Assembly (NCBI GenBank): GCA_963741205.1
Contig: CAVUHW010000015.1
Location: 64,001-128,000, forward strand
Direction: 5' to 3'
Length of the DNA stretch: 64,000 bases
Origin: Nitrospirota bacterium
GTDB taxonomy: Bacteria; Nitrospirota; UBA9217
How positions within the stretch are numbered: the first letter of the stretch is position 1; every line of letters begins with the position of its first letter. Position numbers and translations under genes: made by a program. Positions 56,537-64,000 of this stretch are shown one piece after another. The notes below the pieces were generated by a model that was not told the origin of the DNA, did not search any database, and saw only the letters and a program-made list of their open reading frames with translations.

Positions 56537-58272
56537 ATGACGCAAACTACCTCCCATAGCAAGGCCCTCGTGAACGTGCTGGGCGTGGTCTACCTCCACA
56601 GTAAAACGGAGGACGGGGGGGACCTCTACCTTACCCGGCACGCCGAGTCCCACCAGGGGCACCTCGAGATCGAGAACTGGTACGAAGAGAAATGGTTCAC
56701 CGAGCAAACCGGGTGCGGCTGCTGGGGACCAGCTCGGTGTACCTCGTCCCGACCAAGCCGGTGGACGGCACGAGTCTCGACCTGGTGGTCAAGCACAACC
56801 GCGTGGGGGAGGACGTTCCCCTGAACACCCACACCCTGCAGGAATTCATGAGTACCGAGTTCAACAGCCCCTGGGAGGAGTTCTCCCTGGTCATGGAGAT
56901 GGGAGACAAGCACGTCGGCCAGCGGCTGCAGTGGATCAGGGTCCAGCGGCCCCTGGCGATCTATGTGCCGCCCCAGCGGATGCAGATATGGCAGAGCGGC
57001 AGGTCCCGGGCAAAGATCAACCGCATCCGCGCGCGCCATCCCGGCGTCGACCTGGACATCCTCAAACAGTACAAGCTCATCTACGAATGGATCCGCGGCA
57101 AGAACCTGGTCGAGATCTTCGAACACATCAGAGCTCGACCTCCCCGACATCGTGCATCATCTGCAGGCCATGCAGAAGATGGCGCTCGAGGACCTGAGGA
57201 AAAAAGAGTACCTCATGGCGGACATGAAGCCCGAGCACGTGATCCTCGACGACGAGGACTGCCAGCGGATCGAGAAGGCGGGCGACGAGCGGGGGCGCCG
57301 AAGCGGCGGAGAAGCAGGTGGACATGGTCTACAAGCTCCTGCACGCGGGAAAGTACTCGGTGATCGACTATGAACTGCTCTTCCGGACGCCCGAGCACGA
57401 GGACCGGGTCAAGGCATCGAGGCGCCATTCCTACCTGGACGACATGCGGGACCGGTTTACGCCCACGCCCCTGCCCTCGCACCTGAGCCGCACGGAGATC
57501 TTCAAGGTGCCGTACATCTTCGGCTACGCGGAAAGCACCGGCGGCCGGATGTGGGTCGTGGGAAGGAACGCGCGCCTGTTCGATTACTTCCTCCCCGAGC
57601 GCTGGCGGAAGACCCCCTCCCTGAGCCTGTCCGATACGAACGAGGTGTTCTACACGGTAACCAAGGACAACATCCATCTCGTCTGGAAAACGTCGCGGGT
57701 GGGCGAGATCCCCACGGACGCCGAATACGGCCCCGACGAGATCGAGAAGATCAGGCACTACGGGATCAACAGCCCCTTCGAGGAGTTCGCCATTTCCCAG
57801 GAGCTCAACGGACTGGGCATCCACGCCGTGTACGTGCGGGCGATCTACATGACCGGCAGCTTGAAGGTGGAAATATCGATCGATTCCCGGAAGTATCAGT
57901 CGCACAAGGACGATCGTCGACATCGACGGCAGTCCTGTTTTGGCGCCGGAGCACAACTACATCACGATCCGCGGCTACTACAACGGCCCGGACGAATGGG
58001 TGTCGCGGCACGAGGAGGCGTCCCTGCTCACGCCCATGGATCTCGCCAGGGCGGTGCGGAGAAAGATCATCGACGAAGCGCAATGCCGGATGTACCTGGA
58101 AAGGGTGAAGGAGCGGCTGCGCAGCGCGGGCTTCGACGGCTCGCTGCTCAAGGCGCATGATCTTCTCCTGGCCCTGGACTCCAAAGGGCGGATCATGAAT
58201 GACGCAACCGGCGAGCCGGACATCATCATCTGCAATTTCGAGACGATCTGGAAGGTGTCCGGAGCGGCGTGA
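56537..58272 (+). CDS. Hypothetical protein with two tandem protein-kinase-like domains (frameshifted)
   Basis: Domain 1: LGTSSVY, LVVK, NSPWEEF, ADMKPEHVIL, IDYE. Domain 2: LVWK, NSPFEEF, LLKAHDLLL, CNFE. Confidence 0.65.
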
Positions 58273-58432
58273 TCAGCGGCCCCTGCCCGCAGGGAAAAGG
58301 GACGGGCGATAGGGGTCCAATAAAGAGGATGACAACGGGCGGTCTTGATTTTCGAGACCGTCTGTTTTTTTGCGAGCAGGCAGGTGCTCCGGAACATCCG
58401 GGGAAGAATCAAATCCTCGACGGATATCTCCC

Positions 58433-58478
58433 TTGACAATCAATGTTACATGTGTTACATTAATATCAAAAGTTACAT
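58433..58478 (+). promoter_or_regulatory. Sigma70 promoter with three GTTACAT direct repeats
   Basis: TTGACA-17-TACATT; GTTACAT at 58445, 58454 and 58472. Confidence 0.7.
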
Positions 58479-58491
58479 AAGGAGGTGCCCT

Positions 58492-58756
58492 ATGAAACGG
58501 ATTCTACAAAATCTTTCGGACATGCTGGCGGATGCGGCCCTGCTCGAAATGGGCGTGGACGCGGTGACGGCCGCGAGCGCGACGCTTCCTCCGGGACTCG
58601 GAAACCCTCGAGGAGAACCTTATCGAAGTGGCCTTTGCCGAGGCCGCGGACTATGACGACATCCATGAAGCGATCCTGCGAGAGCACAGACAGGAACGGG
58701 ATGTTGCCCGCCCCGACGACTGCCAGTATGGCGACAACGACCCGTGCTTCGCGTAA
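58492..58756 (+). CDS. Small acidic hypothetical protein (frameshifted)
   Basis: RBS taaggagg; MKRILQNLSDMLADAALLEMG.../LEENLIEVAFAEAADYDDIHEAI...DDCQYGDNDPCFA. Confidence 0.6.
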
Positions 58757-58811
58757 GCGGCGCTTCTTCTCAAAATGGTATAAAGAATTAAACGAAAACA
58801 TTAAACTCGTC

Positions 58812-58917
58812 TCTCGCAAAGACGCAAAGCGCGCAAAGAAATACCTGCACGTCTTGAATTTAAACAATAAACCTTTTTGTTTTTGCCGTTCTTTGCGGCC
58901 TTCGCGTCCTTGCGAGA
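58812..58917. repeat. 9-nt-period inverted-repeat element
   Basis: tctcgcaaagacgcaaagcgcgcaaagaa ... ttctttgcggccttcgcgtccttgcgaga. Confidence 0.85.
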
Positions 58918-58969
58918 AAATGCTTTGCTCCGGCTTGTCCGGGTCAGGAATCAGAGGAGAATCATAGTC

Positions 58970-59952
58970 ATGCCGAAGGCAGCGATCCAGGAGTGGCTTT
59001 TGATCTTTTATAGTGTCCCGTCCCAACCAGTAAGCAACCGCATGAAGATCTGGAGAAAACTCTCGAAGGCGGGGGCGGTGCAACTCAAGGGCGCGGTCTA
59101 CATCCTGCCGGCAACGGAGGAGCACGAGGAGTTCCTGCAGTGGCTCATCGGGGAGGTAAAGTCCATGGGCGGTGACGGCGCGTTCGTCAGGACCGCCGAG
59201 GTCAAAACCATGACCGAGGCCGACATCCGCGAGCTTTTCCTGCGCCAGGCGGAAGAGGGATACCGGGGTTTTGAGAAGAACCTCGACGCGCTTGAGCGGA
59301 AGGTGCAGAGCTTCAGAAAAGGCGCGCAGGGCGATGAAGGCGGCAAACTTGCGGACCTCGCCAATAAACTCGCCAAGGAACTGGACGAACATCACAAGCG
59401 GGATTTCTTCTCCTCACCCCTCGGCGTCGTTATGCAGAAACGCATGCAGGCCCTTGACAGCCGGACTCCGGGGGATCGGCAGGGCGGCCGCGGAAACACC
59501 GGCAGCGATAAAATCGAAAAGCGTCGAAGACTACCAGGGCCGCGTCTGGGCCACTCGGAAGAAACCCTTTATCGATCGCATGGCATCGGCCTGGCTCATC
59601 AAACGGTTCATCGACCCGAAGGCCTCATTCCTCTTCATCGAGGAGCATGAAATCGCAGGGCTCGACGGAAGGGTAGTGGCCTTCGACGTACGCGGCGCCG
59701 AATTTACCCACGTCGGCGAGCTCTGCACCTTCGAGGTGCTCATAAAATCCTTCGGGATCAGGGACAAGGCGGTCCGGAAGATCGCCGAGATCGTGCACGA
59801 TCTCGACGTAAAGGATGAGAAGTACGGAAATCCCGAAGCCGCGGGCGTGGAGGGCATCCTGTCCGGTATTCGTAAAACCGCGAAGAAACGACGCCGACGC
59901 CCTGGAGCGGGGTATGGCGGTGTTCGAGATGCTGTACCAATCCAAGTCGTGA
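58970..59952 (+). CDS. chrB: Chromate resistance regulator ChrB (frameshifted)
   Basis: RMKIWRKL..GAV.L..AVYILP; WATRKKPFIDRMASAWLIKRFID; FTHVGELCTFE. Confidence 0.88.
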
Positions 59953-59992
59953 CACTAAGACTATCGTTCGTAAAGCATCATATCCACACGTC

Positions 59993-60065
59993 GTCATTCC
60001 GGGCTCGACCCGGAATCCATTTGCTTTTCGATACAAACATGGATTCCTGCATCCGCAGGAATGAC
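59993..60065. repeat. GTCATTCC double-hairpin element
   Basis: gtcattccgggctcgacccggaatcca ... tggattcctgcatccgcaggaatgac. Confidence 0.85.
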
Positions 60066-60120
60066 AAAAAGTGGTTTTATTTCAGAAGGACTTAGTAAAC
60101 AGGAAGCAGGGGGAACGCGC

Positions 60121-61396
60121 ATGACAGGCGAAAAGATCAGCTTCCGTGAGGCCTTGAGTTACTGGCTCAAACTCGGGTTCATCAGCTTCGGCGGTCCTAC
60201 CGGTCAGATCGCCATGATGCACAAGGAAGTGGTGGAGAATAAGAAGTGGATGCCCGAAGACCACTTCCTTCACGCCCTGAATTTCTGCATGCTCCTGCCC
60301 GGCCCGGAGGCGCAGCAGCTTGCGACCTACATCGGCTGGCTTCTCCATGGGACGCGGGGGGCGCTCGCCGCGGGCATTCTTTTCGTACTCCCTTCCGTCT
60401 TCATCCTCTGGGGTTTGAGCTGGATCTATGTTGCGCTGGGGACCATTCCCTCTGTTGCCGCGCTTTTCTTCGGCCTCAAACCCGCCGTCGCGGCCATTGT
60501 TGCGGAAGCGGTGATCCGCATCGGCAAAAAGTCGCTCAAGAATAAAGCGCTGATGTCTCTCGCCGCCCTGTCGTTCATCTCGATATATTTCTTTAATGTC
60601 CCGTTTCCGGCGATCGTCCTTTCGGCCGGCATCATCGGCTATGTGCTGAATGAGCGCTTGACCGGAGCTCCGGCAGCCATCCCTGTGCCGAAGGATAGGG
60701 ATGACCTCAAAGCCGGGGTGACGAATGGCTGGCTTCGTGCTCTCAAGATCGGCGCGCTCGGCCTCCTGCTCTGGTTCCTGCCTCTTCTGCTGATCGGCCT
60801 CTGGCGCGGCTGGGATGACATTCTCGTGGATATCGGCATCCTCTTCACCAAGGCGGCGATCGTGACCTTCGGAGGGGCCTATGCCGTTCTCGGCTATATC
60901 GGCCAGCAGGCCGTGGGTCATTACGGCTGGCTTATTGCCCGAGCAGATGATGGACGGCCTCGGCCTGGCCGAGACCACGCCGGGTCCGCTGATCATGGTG
61001 AACCAGTTCGTGGCCTATGTCGCGGCCTACACGCACGCGCCGGGGCTCCCTCCCGCGCTCGCGGGTGCGATCGGAGGGCTGCTAGCGACCTGGGTCACCT
61101 TCACGCCGTCCATGCTCTGGATCTTCATCGGCGCGCCGTACATCGAGGCGCTGCGGCGAAACGTGAAGCTCGCCTCCGCCCTGGTTGCCATCACCGCGGC
61201 CGTCGTAGGCGTGGTGCTGAATCTCGGCGTGACCTTCACCCGCCATACCTTGTTCCCGGATGCCGGGGGATTCGAATGGTACTCTCTTGCGGCATCGCTG
61301 ATCGCCTTTATCGGAATGCAGTACGGGAAGTGGCCGATGATACCGGTGATCGCCGGTTCCGCCGTCGCAGGATATATCTGGAAAATGATCGTTTGA
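60121..61396 (+). CDS. chrA: Chromate efflux transporter ChrA (frameshifted)
   Basis: LGFISFGGPTGQIAMMH, LPGPEAQQLA, TFGGAYAVL, AETTPGPLI. Confidence 0.93.
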
Positions 61397-61429
61397 ACGT
61401 CAGTGCTGAAACCTTAAGGAGGACTAATT

Positions 61430-61714
61430 ATGCCGCCAATAGCAAGTCATACGAAAGCAAGCCAGGAAAGAACGGGGAAAAATTACCAGGACATTCACGA
61501 ATGGCTCGATCTGGACCCGGCCACAAAAGCGGAACGTCACGATATCACCAAAATCTTTGAATTCGGTCAGATGATTGAAGAAAAGTACGGGAAGGAAGGC
61601 CGCGAGGAATACATCCGTCATCTACATGACGACGTAAAGGCAAAGTTTAGTCATTTGCAGCACGATTTCGAAAAGCAGATCGCGGACACGCTCGCTTATT
61701 TCGGAGTAAAGTGA
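61430..61714 (+). CDS. Small His-rich hypothetical protein (DUF6915-like)
   Basis: H..S....G..Y..IHEWLD...RH...HLHDD; RBS aaggagg. Confidence 0.65.
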   Translation: MPPIASHTKASQERTGKNYQDIHEWLDLDPATKAERHDITKIFEFGQMIEEKYGKEGREEYIRHLHDDVKAKFSHLQHDFEKQIADTLAYFGVK

Positions 61715-61736
61715 CCGGACGGAAGGAGCAAATACC

Positions 61737-62291
61737 ATGGGATACACAATACAGAAATCCGATGTTGCCATACTCCGCACGGCCGGAGTTTCTGAAGACG
61801 ACATCACGCACAGTGTGAAGGTTGCTGAAAAGGCGCTTGAAATCGTGCGGCGCATCAACGGGAACGGCATTGACCAGGAGCTTGTTGGAAGAGGGGGTTT
61901 GTTCCATGACCTGGGAAAGGCAAAGACGCATGAAATGGAACACGGCAAGATCGGGGCGGAACTCGGCAGACAGCTCGGCCTGCCGGAGGAGATCACTGCT
62001 ATCATGGAGAAACACATCCGGGGAGGACTTACGGAGCCCGAAGCGAAGGAACTGGGACTTCCGGTGAAGGACTACACCCTCCGGAGGCTGGAAGAGCGAA
62101 TCGTGATCTACGCGGACCGGCTGGTGGACATCATCAATGATGGGATCGTGACGATAAAATCAGAAAGAGAGGCCGAGGAGCGGTTCGAAGAAATCCTCAG
62201 GACCTATCCTAAGTACGGCAAGAACGCCATCACCCTGGAGCGCTATCTCGGGTACCACCGGGAGATCCAGGGGCTGATGCAAAAGCGCTGA
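61737..62291 (+). CDS. HD-domain (HDIG) phosphohydrolase
   Basis: HSVKV, HDLGK, HGKIGA, HIRGG, YADRL. Confidence 0.88.
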   Translation: MGYTIQKSDVAILRTAGVSEDDITHSVKVAEKALEIVRRINGNGIDQELVGRGGLFHDLGKAKTHEMEHGKIGAELGRQLGLPEEITAIMEKHIRGGLTEPEAKELGLPVKDYTLRRLEERIVIYADRLVDIINDGIVTIKSEREAEERFEEILRTYPKYGKNAITLERYLGYHREIQGLMQKR

Positions 62292-62305
62292 AGAGGAGAA
62301 TAATC

Positions 62306-62770
62306 ATGAAATGGATTACGCGAGAGAAAGTAAAGGTTGACCGCGTGGCTTGTCCCTGGCTCATCAAGAAGTTCGTGGACAAGGATGCGGAATTCTTTTT
62401 CGTTCCCGCCGATAAGGTGCAGGCCGAGGCACTACGCCTGGGCGCGATACCGTTTGACGTTCCGGGGGCGGAGCTTGGCCACCACGGCAGGGAGTGCTCC
62501 TTTGAGGCTATCGTGAAGAAATACAAGCTGACCGGAGACCCGGCACTCTCGCTTCTCGCCAGGATCGTAAACGGAGCCGACACGGATAACAGCCTGTACG
62601 AGCAGGCCGAAGGCCCGGGCCTGAACGCCATCGCCGAGGGGTTCCGGCACATGAATTTTGCCGACGACCACGAGATCAATGCAGCTGAATGGATCGTGTA
62701 CGACGCTCTCTATGCCTATTGCATGGAGATGTTCAGGCAGGGAAAGCCCCATGGCGCATATCGCACGTGA
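62306..62770 (+). CDS. Stand-alone ChrB C-terminal-domain (ChrF-like) protein
   Basis: MKWITRE...DRVACPWLIKKFVD, HHGRECSFE, VYDALY. Confidence 0.88.
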   Translation: MKWITREKVKVDRVACPWLIKKFVDKDAEFFFVPADKVQAEALRLGAIPFDVPGAELGHHGRECSFEAIVKKYKLTGDPALSLLARIVNGADTDNSLYEQAEGPGLNAIAEGFRHMNFADDHEINAAEWIVYDALYAYCMEMFRQGKPHGAYRT

Positions 62771-63969
62771 CGTTGTCCTTCTCTTCACAGCCAGGAGCTT
62801 CCGCCTCTTCGCCTACGGCGCGCTCTCGGTGGTCCTGGCCCTTTACCTCCATGAGGCCGGGCTTTCCGGGGCCGAGATCGGGCTTCTCTTCACGCTGACG
62901 CTCGCCGGAGACGCCGGCATCTCTCTCTGGATCACGACCAGCGCGGACCGGATAGGGCGAAAGAAGATGCTCCTTGTGGGCGCCGGGCTTATGGTCATGG
63001 CCGGGGTGGTGTTCAGCCTGACCGGAAACCCGGTCCTGCTCATGATCGCGGGCGTCATCGGCGTGATCAGCCCAAGCGGCCACGAGATCGGGCCTTTTCT
63101 CTCGCTGGAGCAGGCGGCCCTTTCGCAGCTTCTCCCTGCCGAAGAACGGACAAGGGCCTTTGCCCGGTACAACCTCGCCGGTTCGCTCGCAGGCGCGGCA
63201 GGCGCCCTTGCAGGCGGCTTTCTGTCCAAATTTTTGATGAATGCAGGATTTTCCGAGCTTATCTCCTACCGCGCGGTGATCATCGGCTACGCTGCCTGCG
63301 GTATCGTACTCGTTTTCCTGTTCCTGAATCTATCGGAAGCCGTCGAGGCTGGCGAAGTCGCCCCTGCGGCAACCTGCTGCAAAGCGAGTGCTCGGGCTAC
63401 ACAAGTCAAAGGGAGTAGTACTGAAGCTCTCCGGACTCTTCGCACTCGACGCCTTTGCCGGCGGGTTCGTGATCCAGAGCATGGTGGCCTACTGGTTTCA
63501 CATCAAGTTCGGCGCGGACGCCGGGCTCCTGGGAAGCATCTTCTTCGGCGCCAATATCCTGGCGGGCGTCTCGGCCCTGCTCGCTGCGCGAATCGCCTCG
63601 CGCATCGGCCTGATCAACACCATGGTCTTCACGCACATCCCTTCGAACGTGCTCCTGTGCTTAGTACCACTCATGCCGAGCCTGCCCTGGGCCATCGCCG
63701 TTCTGATGCTGCGCTTCAGCATCTCGCAGATGGACGTGCCCACCCGCCAGTCCTACACCATGGCCGTGGTCGCGCCCGACGAGCGTTCCGCAGCCTCAGG
63801 CGTCACGACCATCGCCCGCTCCGTGGGCGCTGCGATCTCGCCCGCCCTCGCCGGGACAATGCTTGCTATCCCGTCTCTCCTGAGCGCACCTTTCCTCGTA
63901 GCCGGCGGGCTCAAGATCGTCTACGACCTGCTCCTGTACCGGAGCTTCCGGAAGGCCGACGTAGCGTGA
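62751..63969 (+). CDS. MFS transporter (frameshifted near 63385)
   Basis: RLFAYG, ADRIGRK, SPSGHEIGPF, ALDAFAGGF, SQMDVPTRQSY. Confidence 0.88.
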
Positions 63970-64000
63970 TCGGCAGGAGGCCCGCCAATCGTCTTGACAA

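Overview
This is a GC-rich (roughly 60%) bacterial chromosomal segment. Gene content and order suggest a Nitrospirota- or deltaproteobacterium-like anaerobe/microaerophile; that placement is inference only. In order it carries: a CusA-type efflux pump (5'-truncated), UPF0182, a class II ribonucleotide reductase with tandem NrdR boxes, ttcA, a complete type II secretion cluster (gspC-N), and a large multicopper oxidase with SCO-cytochrome c, TlpA and CcdA. These are followed by a YhaN/SMC-like ATPase-tmk-holB-ricT-metG-tatD/radical SAM-purH run, a two-subunit pyruvate-carboxylase-like enzyme, GTP-PEPCK, a Phd-VapC toxin-antitoxin pair, a tandem kinase-like protein and an extended chromate-resistance cluster. 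Single-base frameshifts interrupt many genes, including metG, so they are most likely long-read assembly errors. The most striking unexplained signal is a dense set of more than 25 small palindromic or short-period repeat elements, falling into several families (7-, 8-, 9- and 10-nt periods plus three hairpin families). They sit at gene junctions inside operons, in cleaved prepilin leader peptides and in inter-domain linkers. One copy still brackets a decayed GxxExxY (PD-(D/E)XK) nuclease gene, while sister copies with the same arms are empty. This points to a nuclease-associated, repeat-bounded mobile or RNA-level element system. No rRNA, tRNA or CRISPR array was recognised.
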